64,000 bases of DNA from Somniosus microcephalus (Eukaryota), in contig CM126207.1 of NCBI GenBank assembly GCA_052327205.1, forward strand, positions 40,114,001 to 40,178,000, in the 5' to 3' direction. How positions within the stretch are numbered: the first letter of the stretch is position 1; every line of letters starts with the position of its first letter. The notes beneath the pieces are model-generated. The model was not told where the DNA came from. It did not search any database and was given only the letters and a program-made list of their open reading frames with translations. Below, one piece after another: positions 27,701-42,700 of the stretch. The position numbers were made by a program, and so were the translations under genes.

Positions 27701-30700
27701 ACTTTGAACTTCTTATCAGAGTTATCTCTTTTCAGATGAATTATATGCATGATTAGAGAGTAAAAGAATGTGGCAGGATTAGTGAGTTTTTAAAATATAC
27801 TCGGCATAAAAGCTGGAGTCAACAAGTGACTGTACATGATGTGAGAAGAAGCACAATCATATCTGTGGATTTTGACTTTGAAACCATTCTGTGAGTGAGG
27901 GAAATGTGATTGGAACTTTTGATTCATGTCGAAGGAATCAAAGATGTTGATGGTTCTGCTGATGTGCTTAACAGTGATGGCTCAACAGGTGCTTTGGCAA
28001 TAGAAATGTAACATTATTAACAGGCATGGAACTGTGAAGGCACAAATGGCATTTACTCTTTTGAAAAAATTGTTTACAATGGTCAAGGTAAGACTAGTGT
28101 CTGTTGCTTGATTCAAAAATGAGTTATCAGCGGGAAGGTTGAACGTTGACATTTGGGATGGCATTGTGGATACCTGTTGTTTCACTTGTTGAGGCTATAG
28201 TGGTTGAAGAAGCAGGTACAGTTGTAGATGGATCTGTTGATGTGCTTTGTTCTGATGTTGGAGATGTTGATGATGTAGCTGTTGATGTTAAAAGAGATGT
28301 CAGTGAAAGAAAGCAATGCTCCTGCTGATTGCAGCATAAAACAAGTCAAATGAGGAAGGTAAGTTTAATGAAACGAATTAAAAACATGATCGAAATGAAA
28401 GTGGTGGGTTGCTTTGATATTTATTCTGAGAGTGTTCACGATCTTAATGTTGAGCACTATGCATTAAATTGCAAGTATGCTGTTACTGGAGATTTTTCTT
28501 ATCAAAGTTTGCCATTACAGAGATTATCAATTTCACTGGTTTAATGTCATTATTCACTTTACGAGGCATCAGCTCTGGACAGCAGCAGTGGCATTTAGTT
28601 TTATAAAAGAAAGTATTATCAACATTAATAATTGTTCCCTTCTATGATCTTGGATGTCTAGGTTGCAATAGATTATACCTGTTGATGCTGGTGATGTTGC
28701 TGTGGATGAGATCAGAGTTGTAGTTGCTTCTGTTGAAGTGCTTCCTTCTGAGGTTCCAGCTGATGTTGAAGCTGCTAATATGTATAGAAATGTCAGTAAA
28801 ACAGGGCAAAGCTCTTCTAGATACCATCATAAATAGGGCAAACTGACCAACAAAGCTAATGAGCTGAACTCAAACAATTTGATTACAGTTGGTTGGCTTG
28901 AATAATAATTATACAATTGTGCAAATTGGAACTGAAGTGAATGAGTTGCTTCTATTTTCCCACTGAAGAAGCCTTCATGATATTTGATGCAAGCTATCAC
29001 ATTAATTAAACATTGAGCTTCGTCTCAGAGTGATCTCCTTTTACAGTCGTCATATCCATGATTAAAGAGAATATGGATGTGGCTGGATTAGTAAGTTTTG
29101 AAATTGTACGAGGCATAAAATCTGGAGTCAACAAGTGACTGTAAATGATGTGGCAAGAAGAACAGTCTCATCTGTGGATTGTGAATTTGAAACCATTCTG
29201 TGAGTGAGGAAAATGCGATTGGAACTTTTGATACATGTCGAAGGAATCAAAGATATTGATGGTTCTGTTGATGTGCTTAACAGTGATGACTCAACTGGTG
29301 CATTGGCAATAGAAATGTAACATTATTAACAGACATGGAACTGTGAAGGCAGAAATGGCATTAACTCTTTTGAAAAAATTGTTTACAATGGTCAAGGTAA
29401 GACTAGTGTCTGTTGCTTGATTCAAAAATGATTTATCAGCGGGAAGGTTGAACGTTGACATTTGGGATGGCATTGTGGATACCTGTTGTTTCACTTGTTG
29501 AGGCTAAAGTGGTTGAAGAAGCAGGTACAGTTGTAGATGGATCTGTTGATGTGCTTTGTTCTGATGTTGGAGATGTTGATGATGTAGCTGTTGATGTTAA
29601 AAGAGATGTCAGTGAAAGAAAGCAATGCTCCTGCTGATTGCAGCATAAAGCAAGTCAAATGAGGAAGGTAAGTTTAATGAAACGAATTAAAAACATGATC
29701 GAAATGAAAATGGTGGGTTGCTTTGATATTTATTGTGAGCGTGTTCACGATCTTAATGTTGAGCACTATGCATTAAATTGCAAGTATGCTGTTACTGGAG
29801 ATTTTTCTTATACAAAATTTTGCCATTACAGATTTTATCAATTTCACTGGTTTAATGTCATTATTCACTTTACGAGGCATCAGCTCTGGACAGGAGCAGT
29901 GGCATTTAGTTTTATAAAAGAAAGTATTATCAACATTAATAATTGTTCCCTTCTATGTTCTTGGATTTCTAGGTTGCAATAGATCATACCTGTTGATGCT
30001 GGTGATGTTGCTGTGGATGAGATCAGATTTGTAGTTGCTTCTGTTGAAGTGCTTCCTTCTGAGGTTCCAGCTGATGTTGAAGCTGCTAATATGTGTAGAA
30101 ATGTCAGTAAAACAGGGCAAAGCTCTTCTAGATACCATCATAAATAGTGCAAACTGACCAACAAAGCTAATGAGCTGAACTCAAACAATTTGATTACAGT
30201 TGGTTGGCTTGAATAATAATTATACAATTGTGCAAATTGGAACTGAAGTGAATGAGTTGCTTCTATTTTCCCACTGAAGGAGCCTTCATGATATTTGATG
30301 CAAGCTATCACATTAATTAAACGTTGAGCTTCTTATCAGAGTTATCTCTTTTCAGATGAATTATATGCATGATTAGAAAGTAAAAGAATGTGGCAGGATT
30401 AGTGAGTTTTTAAAATATACTTGGCATAAAAGCTGGAGTCAACAAGTGACTGTAAATGATGTGACAAGAAGCACAGTCACATCTGTGGATTTTGACTTAG
30501 AAACCATTCTGTGAGTGAGGAAAATGCGATTGGAACTTTTGATACATGTCGAAGGAATCAAAGATGTTGATGGTTCTGTTGATGTGCTTAACAGTGATGG
30601 CTCAACTGGTGCTTTGGCAACAGAAATGTAACATTATTAATAGACATGGAACTGTGAAGGCACAAATGGCATTTACTCTTTTGAAAAAATTGTTTACAAT

Positions 30701-33700
30701 GGTCAAGGTAAGACGAGTGTCTGTTGCTTGATTCAAAAAGGAGTTATCAGCGGGAAGGTTGAACGTTGACATTTGGGATGGCATTGTGGATACCTGTTGT
30801 TTCACTTGTTGAGGCTATAGTGGTTGAAGAAGCAGATACAGTTGTAGATGGATCTGTTGATATGCTTTGTTCTGATGTTGGAGATGTTGATGATGTAGCT
30901 GTTGATTTTAAAAGAGATGTCAGTGAAAGAAAGCAATGCTCCTGCTGATTGCAGCATAAAGCACGTCAAATGAGAATGGTAAATTTAATGAAACGAATTA
31001 AAACATGATCGAAATGAAAATGGTGGTTTGCTTTGATATTTATTCTGAGAGTGTTCACAATCTTAATGTTGAGCACTATGCATTAAATTGCAAGTATGCT
31101 GTTACTGGAGATTTTTCTTATCAAAGTTTGCCATTACAGAGATTATCAATTTCACTGGTTTAATGTCATTATTCACTTTACGAGGCATCAGCTCTGGACA
31201 GCAGCAGTGGCATTTAGTTTTATAAAAGAAAGTATTATCAACATTAATAATTGTTCCCTTCTATGATCTTGGATGTCTAGGTTGCAATAGATTATACCTG
31301 TTGATGCTGGTGATGTTGCTGTGGATGAGATCAGAGTTGTAGTTGCTTCTGTTGAAGTGCTTCCTTCTGAGGTTCCAGCTGATGTTGAAGCTGCTAATAT
31401 GTATAGAAATGTCAGTAAAACAGGGCAAAGCTCTTCTAGATACCATCATAAATAGGGCAAACTGACCAACAAAGCTAATGAGCTGAACTCAAACAATTTG
31501 ATTACAGTTGGTTGGCTTGAATAATAATTATACAATTGTGCAAATTGGAACTGAAGTGAATGAGTTGCTTCTATTTTCCCACTGAAGAAGCCTTCATGAT
31601 ATTTGATGCAAGCTATCACATTAATTAAACATTGAGCTTCGTCTCAGAGTGATCTCCTTTTATAGTCGTCATATCCATGATTAAAGAGAATATGGATGTG
31701 GCTGGATTAGTAAGTTTTGAAATTGTACGAGGCATAAAATCTGGAGTCAACAAGTGACTGTAAATGATGTGGCAAGAAGAACAGTCTCATCTGTGGATTG
31801 TGAATTTGAAACCATTCTGTGAGTGAGGAAAATGCGATTGGAACTTTTGATACATGTCGAAGGAATCAAAGATATTGATGGTTCTGTTGATGTGCTTAAC
31901 AGTGATGACTCAACTGGTGCATTGGCAATAGAAATGTAACATTATTAACAGACATGGAACTGTGAAGGCAGAAATGGCATTAACTCTTTTGAAAAAATTG
32001 TTTACAATGGTCAAGGTAAGACTAGTGTCTGTTGCTTGATTCAAAAATGATTTATCAGCGGGAAGGTTGAACGTTGACATTTGGGATGGCATTGTGGATA
32101 CCTGTTGTTTCACTTGTTGAGGCTAAAGTGGTTGAAGAAGCAGGTACAGTTGTAGATGGATCTGTTGATGTGCTTTGTTCTGATGTTGGAGATGTTGATG
32201 ATGTAGCTGTTGATGTTAAAAGAGATGTCAGTGAAAGAAAGCAATGCTCCTGCTGATTGCAGCATAAAGCAAGTCAAATGAGGAAGGTAAGTTTAATGAA
32301 ACGAATTAAAAACATGATCGAAATGAAAATGGTGGGTTGCTTTGATATTTATTGTGAGCGTGTTCACGATCTTAATGTTGAGCACTATGCATTAAATTGC
32401 AAGTATGCTGTTACTGGAGATTTTTCTTATACAAAATTTTGCCATTACAGATTTTATCAATTTCACTGGTTTAATGTCATTATTCACTTTACGAGGCATC
32501 AGCTCTGGACAGGAGCAGTGGCATTTAGTTTTATAAAAGAAAGTATTATCAACATTAATAATTGTTCCCTTCTATGTTCTTGGATTTCTAGGTTGCAATA
32601 GATCATACCTGTTGATGCTGGTGATGTTGCTGTGGATGAGATCAGAGTTGTAGTTGCTTCTGTTGAAGTGCTTCCTTCTGAGGTTCCAGCTGATGTTGAA
32701 GCTGCTAATATGTGTAGAAATGTCAGTAAAACAGGGCAAAGCTCTTCTAGATACCATCATAAATAGTGCAAACTGACCAACAAAGCTAATGAGCTGAACT
32801 CAAACAATTTGATTACAGTTGGTTGGCTTGAATAATAATTATACAATTGTGCAAATTGGAACTGAAGTGAATGAGTTGCTTCTATTTTCCCACTGAAGGA
32901 GCCTTCATGATATTTGATGCAAGCTATCACATTAATTAAACTTTGAGCTTCTTATCAGAGTTATCTCTTTTCAGATGAATTATATGCATGATTAGAAAGT
33001 AAAAGAATGTGGCAGGATTAGTGAGTTTTTAAAATATACTCGGCATAAAAGCTGGAGTCAACAAGTGACTGTAAATGATGTGACAAGAAGCACAGTCACA
33101 TCTGTGGATTTTGACTTAGAAACCATTCTGTGAGTGAGGAAAATGCGATTGGAACTTTTGATACATGTCGAAGGAATCAAAGATGTTGATGGTTCTGTTG
33201 ATGTGCTTAACAGTGATGGCTCAACAGGTGCTTTGGCAATAGAAATGTAACATTATTAACTGGCATGGAACTGTGAAGGCACAAATGGCATTTACTCTTT
33301 TGAAAAAATTGTTTAAAATGGTCAAGGTAAGACTAGTGTCTGTTGCTTGATTCAAAAATGAGTTATCAGCGGGAAGGTTGAACGTTGACATTTGGGATGG
33401 CATTGTGGATACCTGTTGTTTCACTTGTTGAGGCTATAGTGGTTGAAGAAGCAGGTACAGTTGTAGATGGATCTGTTGATGTGCTTTGTTCTGATGTTGG
33501 AGATGTTGATGATGTAGCTGTTGATGTTAAAAGAGATGTCAGTGAAAGAAAGCAATGCTCCTGCTGCTTGCAGCATAAAGCACGTCAAATGAGAATGGTA
33601 AATTAAATGAAACGAATTAAAACATGATCGAAATGAAAATGGTGGGTTGCTTTGATATTTATTCTGAGAGTGTTCACAATCTGAATGTTGAGCACTATGC

Positions 33701-36700
33701 ATTAAATTGCAAGTATGCTGTTACTGGAGATTTTTCTTATCAAAGTTTGCCATTACAGAGATTATCAATTTCACTGGTTTAATGTCATTATTCACTTTAC
33801 GAGGCATCAGCTCTGGACAGCAGCAGTGGCATTTAGTTTTATAAAAGAAAGTATTATCAACATTAATAATTGTTCCCTTCTATGATCTTGGATGTCTAGG
33901 TTGCAATAGATTATACCTGTTGATGCTGGTGATGTTGCTGTGGATGAGATCAGAGTTGTAGTTGCTTCTGTTGAAGTGCTTCCTTCTGAGGTTCCAGCTG
34001 ATGTTGAAGCTGCTAATATGTGTAGAAATGTCAGTAAAACAGGGCAAAGCTCTTCTAGATACCATCCTAAATAGTGCAAACTGACCAACAAAGCTAATGA
34101 GCTGAACTCAAACAATTTGATTACAGTTGGTTGGCTTGAATAATAATTATACAATTGTGCAAATTGGAACTGAAGTGAATGAGTTGCTTCTATTTTCCCA
34201 CTGAAGAAGCCTTCATGATATTTGATGCAAGCTATCACATTAATTAAACTTTGACCTTCTTCTCAGAGTGATCTCCTTTTATAGTCGTCATATCCATGAT
34301 TAGAGAGAATATGGATGTGGCTGGATTAGTAAGTTTTTAAATTGTACGAGGCATAAAATCTGGAGTCAACAAGTGACTGTAAATGATGTGGCAAGAAGAA
34401 CAGTCTCATCTGTGGATTGTGAATTTGAAACCATTCTATGAGTGAGGAAAATGCGATTGGAACTTTTGATACATGTCGAAGGAATCAAAGATATTGATGG
34501 TTCTGTTGATGTGCTAAACAGTGATGGCTCAACTGGTGCATTGGAAATAGAAATGTAACATTATTAACAGACATGGAACTGTGAAGGCAGAAATGGCATT
34601 TACTCTTTTGAAAAAATTGTTTACAATGGTCAAGGTAAGACTAGTGTCTGTTGCTTGATTCAAAAATGATTTATCAGCGGGAAGGTTGAACGTTGACATT
34701 TGGGATGGCATTGTGGATACCTGTTGTTTCACTTGTTGAGGCTAAAGTGGTTGAAGAAGCAGGTACAGTTGTAGATGGATCTGTTGATGTGCTTTGTTCT
34801 AATGTTGGAGATGTTGATGATGTAGCTGTTGATGTTAAAAGAGATGTCAGTGAAAGAAAGCAATGCTCCTGCTGATTGCAGCATAAAGCAAGTCAAATGA
34901 GGAAGGTAAGTTTAATGAAACGAATTAAAAACATGATCGAAATGAAAATGGTGGGTTGCTTTGATATTTATTGTGAGCGTGTTCACGATCTTAATGTTGA
35001 GCACTATGCATTAAATTGCAAGTATGCTGTTACTGGAGATTTTTCTTATACAAAATTTTGCCATTACAGATTTTATCAATTTCACTGGTTTAATGTCATT
35101 ATTCACTTTACGAGGCATCAGCTCTGGACAGCAGCAGTGGCATTTAGTTTTATAAAAGAAAGTATTAACAACATTAATAATTGTTCCCTTCTATGATCTT
35201 GGATTTCTAGATTGCAATAGATTATACCTGTTGATGCTGGTGATGTTGCTGTGGATGAGATCAGAGTTGTAGTTGCTTCTGTTGAAGTGCTTCCTTCTGA
35301 GGTTCCAGATGATGTTGAAGCTGCTAATATGTATAGAAATGTCAGTAAAACAGGGCAAAGCTCTTCTAGATACCATCATAAATAGTGCAAACTGACCAAC
35401 AAAACTAATGAGCTGAACTCAAACAATTTGATTACAGCTGGCTGGCATGAATAATAATTATACAATTGTGCAAATTGGAACTGAAGTGAATGAGTTGCTT
35501 CTATTTTCCCACTGAAGGAGCCTCCGTGATATTTGATGCAAGCTATCACATTAATGAAACTTTCAGCTTCTTATCAGAGTTATCTCTTTTCAGATGAATT
35601 ATATGCATGATTAGAGAGTAAAAGAATGTGGCAGGATTAGTGAGTTTTTTAAATATACTAGGCATAAAAGCTGGAGTCAACAAGTGACTGTACATGATGT
35701 GACAAGAAGAACAGTCTCATCTGTAGATTGTGAATTTGAAACCATTCTGTGAGTGAGGAAAATGTGATTGGAACTTTTGATACATGTCGAAGGAATCAAA
35801 GATATTGATGGTTCTGTTGATGTGCTAAACAGTGATGGCTCCACTGGTGCATTGGCAATAGAAATGTAACATTATTAACAGACATGGAACTGTGAAGGCA
35901 GAAATGGCATTTACTCTTTTGAAAAAATTGTTTACAATGGTCAAGGTAAGACTAGTGTCTGTTGCTTGATTCAAAAATGATTTATCAGCGGGAAGGTTGA
36001 ACGTTGACATTTGGGATGGCATTGTGGATACCTGTTGTTTCACTTGTTGAGGCTAAAGTGGTTGAAGAAGCAGGTACAGTTGTAGATGGATCTGTTGATG
36101 TGCTTTGTTCTGATGTTGGAGATGTTGATGATGTAGCTGTTGATGTTAAAAGAGATGTCAGTAAAAGAAAGCAATATTCCTGCTGCTTGCAGCATAAAGC
36201 ACGTCAAATGAGAATGGTAAATTAAATGAAACAAATTAAAATATGATCGAAATGAAAATGGTGGGTTGCTTTGATAGTTATTCTGAGAGTGTTCACGATC
36301 TTAATGTTGAGCACTATGCATTAAATTGCAAGTATGCTGTTACTGGAGATTTTTCTTATCAAAATTTGCCATTACAGAGATTATCAATTTCACTGGTTTA
36401 ATGCCATTATTCACTTTACGAGGCATCAGCTCTGGACAGCAGCAGTGGCATTTAGTTTTATAAAAGAAAGTATCATCAACATTAATAATTGTTCCCTTCT
36501 ATGATCTTGGATGTCTAGGTTGCAATAGATTATACCTGTTGATGCTGGTGATGTTGCTGTGGATGAGATCAGAGTTGTAGTTGCTTCTGGTGAAGTGCTT
36601 CCTTCTGAGGTTCCAGCTGATGTTGAAGCTGCTAATATGTGTAGAAATGTCAGTAAAACAGGGCAAAGCTCTTCTAGATACCATCCTAAATAGTGCAAAC

Positions 36701-39700
36701 TGACCAACAAAGCTAATGAGCTGAACTCAAACAATTTGATTGCAGTTGGTTGGCTTGAATAATAATTATACAATTGTGCAAATTGGAACTGAAGTGAATG
36801 AGTTGCTTCTATTTTCCCACTGAAGAAGCCTTCATGATATTTGATGCAAGCTATCACATTAATTAAACTTTGACCTTCTTCTCAGAGTGATCTCCTTTTA
36901 TAGTCGTCATATCCATGATTAGAGAGAATATGGATGTGGCTGGATTAGTAAGTTTTTAAATTGTACGAGGCATAAAATCTGGAGTCAACAAGTGACTGTA
37001 AATGATGTGGCAAGAAGAACAGTCTCATCTGTGGATTGTGAATTTGAAACCATTCTGTGAGTGAGGAAAATGCGATTGGAACTTTTGATACATGTCGAAG
37101 GAATCAAAGATATTGATGGTTCTGTTGATGTGCTAAACAGTGATGGCTCAACTGGGGCATTGGCAATAGAAATGTAACATTATTAACAGACATGGAACTG
37201 TGAAGGCAAAAATGGCATTTACTCTTTTGAAAAAATTGTTTACAATGGTCAAGGTAAGACTAGTGTCTGTTGCTTGATTCAAAAATGATTTATCAGCGGG
37301 AAGGTTGAACGTTGACATTTGGGATGGCATTGTGGATACCTGTTGTTTCACTTGTTGAGGCTAAAGTGGTTGAAGAAGTAGGTACAGTTGTAGATGGATC
37401 TGTTGATATGCTTTGTTCTGATGTTGGAGATGTTGATGATGTAGCTGTTGATTTTAAAAGAGATGTCAGTGAAAGAAAGAAATGCTCCTGCTGCTTGCAG
37501 CATAAAGCACGTCAAATGAGAATGGTAAATTTAATGAAACGCATTAAAACATGATCGAAATGAAAATGGTGGGTTGCTTTGATATTTATTCTGAGAGTGT
37601 TCACAATCTGAATGTTGAGCACTATGCATTAAATTGCAAGTATGCTGTTACTGGAGATTTTTCTTATCAAAGTTTGCCATTACAGAGATTATCAATTTCA
37701 CTGGTTTAATGTCATTATTCACTTTACGAGGCATCAGCTCTGGACAGCAGCAGTGGCATTTAGTTTTATAAAAGAAAGTATTATCAACATTAATAATTGT
37801 TCCCTTCTATGATCTTGGATGTCTAGGTTGCAATAGATTATACCTGTTGATGCTGGTGATGTTGCTGTGGATGAGATCAGAGTTGTAGTTGCTTCTGTTG
37901 AAGTGCTTCCTTCTGAGGTTCCAGCTGATGTTGAAGCTGCTAATATGTGTAGAAATGTCAGTAAAACAGGGCAAAGCTCTTCTAGATACCATCCTAAATA
38001 GTGCAAACTGACCAACAAAGCTAATGAGCTGAACTCAAACAATTTGATTACAGTTGGTTGGCTTGAATAATAATTATACAATTGTGCAAATTGGAACTGA
38101 AGTGAATGAGTTGCTTCTATTTTCCCACTGAAGAAGCCTTCATGATATTTGATGCAAGCTATTACATTAATTAAACTTTGACCTTCTTCTCAGAGTGATC
38201 TCCTTTTATAGTCGTCATATCCATGATTAGAGAGAATATGGATGTGGCTGGATTAGTAAGTTTTTAAATTGTACGAGGCATAAAATCTGGAGTCAACAAG
38301 TGACTGTAAATGATGTGGCAAGAAGAACAGTCTCATCTGTGGATTGTGAATTTGAAACCATTCTATGAGTGAGGAAAATGCGATTGGAACTTTTGATACA
38401 TGTCGAAGGAATCAAAGATATTGATGGTTCTGTTGATGTGCTAAACAGTGATGGCTCAACTGGTGCATTGGCAATAGAAATGTAACATTATTAACAGACA
38501 TGGAACTGTGAAGGCAAAAATGGCATTTACTCTTTTGAAAAAATTGTTTACAATGGTCAAGGTAAGACTAGTGTCTGTTGCTTGATTCAAAAATGATTTA
38601 TCAGCGGGAAGGTTGAACGTTGACATTTGGGATGGCATTGTGGATACCTGTTGTTTCACTTGTTGAGGCTAAAGTGGTTGAAGAAGCAGGTACAGTTGTA
38701 GATGGATCTGTTGATGTGCTTTGTTCTGATGTTGGAGATGTTGATGATGTAGCTGTTGATGTTAAAAGAGATGTCAGTGAAAGAAAGCAATGCTCCTGCT
38801 GATTGCAGCATAAAGCACGACAAATGAAGAAGGTAAGTTTAATGGAACGAATTAAAAAGATGATCGAAATGAAAATGGTGGGTTGCTTTGATATTTATTG
38901 TGAGCGTGTTCACGATCTTAATGTTGAGCACTATGCATTAAATTGCAAGTATGCTGTTACTGGAGATTTTTCTTATACAAAATTTTGCCATTACAGATTT
39001 TATCAATTTCACTGGTTTAATGTCATTATTCACTTTACGAGGCATCGGCTCTGGACAGCAGCAGTGGCATTTAGTTTTATAAAAGAAAGTATTAACAACA
39101 TTAATAATTGTTCCCTTCTATGATCTTGGATTTCTAGATTGCAATAGATTATACCTGTTGATGCTGGTGATGTTGCTGTGGATGAGATCAGAGTTGTAGT
39201 TGCTTCTGTTGAAGTGCTTCCTTCTGAGGTTCCAGATGATGTTGAAGCTGCTAATATGTATAGAAATGTCAGTAAAACAGGGCAAAGCTCTTCTAGATAC
39301 CATCCTAAATAGTGCAAACTGACCAACAAAACTAATGAGCTGAACTCAAACAATTTGATTACAGCTGGCTGGCATGAATAATAATTATACAATTGTGCAA
39401 ATTGGAACTGAAGTGAATGAGTTGCTTCTATTTTCCCACTGAAGGAGTCTCCGTGATATTTGATGCAAGCTATCACATTAATGAAACTTTGAGCTTCTTA
39501 TCAGATTTATCTCTTTTCAGATGAATTATATGCATGATTAGAGAGTAAAAGAATGTGGCAGGATTAGTGAGTTTTTTAAATATACTAGGCATAAAAGCTG
39601 GAGTCAACAAGTGACTGTACATGATGTGACAAGAAGAACAGTCTCATCTGTAGATTGTGAATTTGAAACCATTCTGTGAGTGAGGAAAATGTGATTGGAA

Positions 39701-42700
39701 CTTTTGATACATGTCGAAGGAATCAAAGATATTGATGGTTCTGTTGATGTGCTTAACAGTGATGGCTCCACTGGTGCATTGGCAATAGAAATGTAACATT
39801 ATTAACAGACATGGAACTGTGAAGGCAGAAATGGCATTTACTCTTTTGAAAAAATTGTTTACAATGGTCAAGGTAAGACTAGTGTCTGTTGCTTGATTCA
39901 AAAATGATTTATCAGCGGGAAGGTTGAACGTTGACATTTGGGATGGCATTGTGGATACCTGTTGTTTCACTTGTTGAGGCTAAAGTGGTTGAAGAAGCAG
40001 GTACAGTTGTAGATGGATCTGTTGATGTGCTTTGTTCTGATGTTGGAGATGTTGATGATGTAGCTGTTGATGTTAAAAGAGATGTCAGTAAAAGAAAGCA
40101 ATATTCCTGCTGCTTGCAGCATAAAGCACGTCAAATGAGAATGGTAAATTAAATGAAACAAATTAAAACATGATCGAAATGAAAATGGTGGGTTGCTTTG
40201 ATAGTTATTCTGAGAGTGTTCACGATCTTAATGTTGAGCACTATGCATTAAATTGCAAGTATGCTGTTACTGGAGATTTTTCTTATCAAAATTTGCCATT
40301 ACAGAGATTATCAATTTCACTGGTTTAATGTCATTATTCACTTTACGAGGCATCAGCTCTGGACAGCAGCAGTGGCATTTAGTTTTATAAAAGAAAGTAT
40401 TATCAACATTAATAATTGTTCCCTTCTATGATCTTGGATGTCTAGGTTGCAATAGATTATACCTGTTGATGCTGGTGATGTTGCTGTGGATGAGATCAGA
40501 GTTGTAGTTGCTTCTGTTGAACTGCTTCCTTCTGAGGTTCCAGCTGATGTTGAAGCTGCTAATATGTATAGAAATGTCAGTAAAACAGGGCAAAGCTCTT
40601 CTAGATACCATCATAAATAGTGCAAACTGACCAACAAAGCTAATGAGCTGAACTCAAACAATTTGATTACAGTTGGTTGGCTTGAATAATAATTATACAA
40701 TTGTGCAAATTGGAACTGAAGTGAATGAGTTGCTTCTATTTTCCCACTGAAGAAGCCTTCATGATATTTGATGCAAGCTGTCACATTAATTAAACATTGA
40801 GCTTCTTCTCAGAGTGATCTCCTTTTATAGTCGTCATATCCATGATTAGAGAGAATATGGATGTGGCTGGATTAGTAAGTTTTGAAATTGTACGAGGCAT
40901 AAAATCTGGAGTCAACAAGTGACTGTAAATGATGTGGCAAGAAGAACAGTCTCATCTGTGGATTGTGAATTTGAAACCATTCTGTGAGTGAGGAAAATGC
41001 GATTGGAACTTTTGATACATGTCGAAGGAATCAAAGATATTGATGGTTCTGTTGATGTGCTTAACAGTGATGACTCAACTGGTGCACTGGCAATAGAAAT
41101 GTAACATTATTAACAGACATGGAACTGTGAAGACAGAAATGGCATTTACTCTTTTGAAAAAATTGTTTACAATGGTCAAGGTAAGACTAGTGTCTGTTGC
41201 TTGATTCAAAAATGATTTATCAGCGGGAAGGTTGAACGTTGACATTTGGGATGGCATTGTGGATACCTGTTGTTTCACTTGTTGAGGCTAAAGTGGTTGA
41301 AGAAGCAGGTACAGTTGTAGATGGATCTGTTGATGTGCTTTGTTCTGATATTGGAGATGTTGATGATGTAGCTGTTGATTTTAAAAGAGATGTCAGTGAA
41401 AGAAAGCAATGCTCCTGCTGATTGCAGCATAAAGCACGTCAAATGAGAATGGTAAATTTAATGAAACGAATTAAAACATGATCGAAATGAAAATGGTGGG
41501 TTGCTTTGATATTTATTCTGAGAGTGTTCACAATCTTAATGTTGAGCACTATGCATTAAATTGCAAGTATGCTGTTACTGGAGATTTTTCTTATCAAAGT
41601 TTGCCATTACAGAGATTATCAATTTCACTGGTTTAAAGTCATTATTAATTTTTCGAATCACCAGCTCTGGACAGCAGCAATGGCATTTAGATTTATGAAA
41701 GAAAGTATTATCGACATTACTAATTGTTCCCTTCTATGATCTTGAATTTCTAGATTGCAATAGATTATACCTGTTGATGCTGGTGATGTTGCTGTGGATG
41801 AGATCAGAGTTGTAGTTGCTTCTGTTGAAGTGCTTCCTTCTGAGGTTCCAGATGATGTTGAAGCTGCTAATATGTGTAGAAATGTCAGTAAAACAGGGCA
41901 AAGCTCTTCTAGATACCATCATAAATAGTGCAAACTGACCAACAAAGCTAATGAGCTGAACTCAAACAATTTGATTGCAGTTGGTTGGCTTGAATAATAA
42001 TTATACAATTGTGCAAATTGGAACTGAAGTGAATGAGTTGCTTCTATTTTCCCACTGAAGAAGCCTTCATGATATTTGATGCAAGCTATCACATTAATTA
42101 AACTTTGACCTTCTTCTCAGAGTGATCTCCTTTTATAGTCGTCATATCCATGATTAGAGAGAATATGGATGTGGCTGGATTAGTAAGTTTTTAAATTGTA
42201 CGAGGCATAAAATCTGGAGTCAACAAGTGACTGTAAATGATGTGGCAAGAAGAACAGTCTCATCTGTGGATTGTGAATTTGAAACCATTCTGTGAGTGAG
42301 GAAAATGCGATTGGAACTTTTGATACATGTCGAAGGAATCAAAGATATTGATGGTTCTGTTGATGTGCTAAACAGTGATGGCTCAACTGGTGCATTGGCA
42401 ATAGAAATGTAACATTATTAACAGACATGGAACTGTGAAGGCAAAAATGGCATTTACTCTTTTGAAAAAATTGTTTACAATGGTCAAGGTAAGACTAGTG
42501 TCTGTTGCTTGATTCAAAAATGATTTATCAGCGGGAAGGTTGAACGTTGACATTTGGGATGGCATTGTGGATACCTGTTGTTTCACTTGTTGAGGCTAAA
42601 GTGGTTGAAGAAGCAGGTACAGTTGTAGATGGATCTGTTGATGTGCTTTGTTCTGATGTTGGAGATGTTGATGATGTAGCTGTTGATGTTAAAAGAGATG

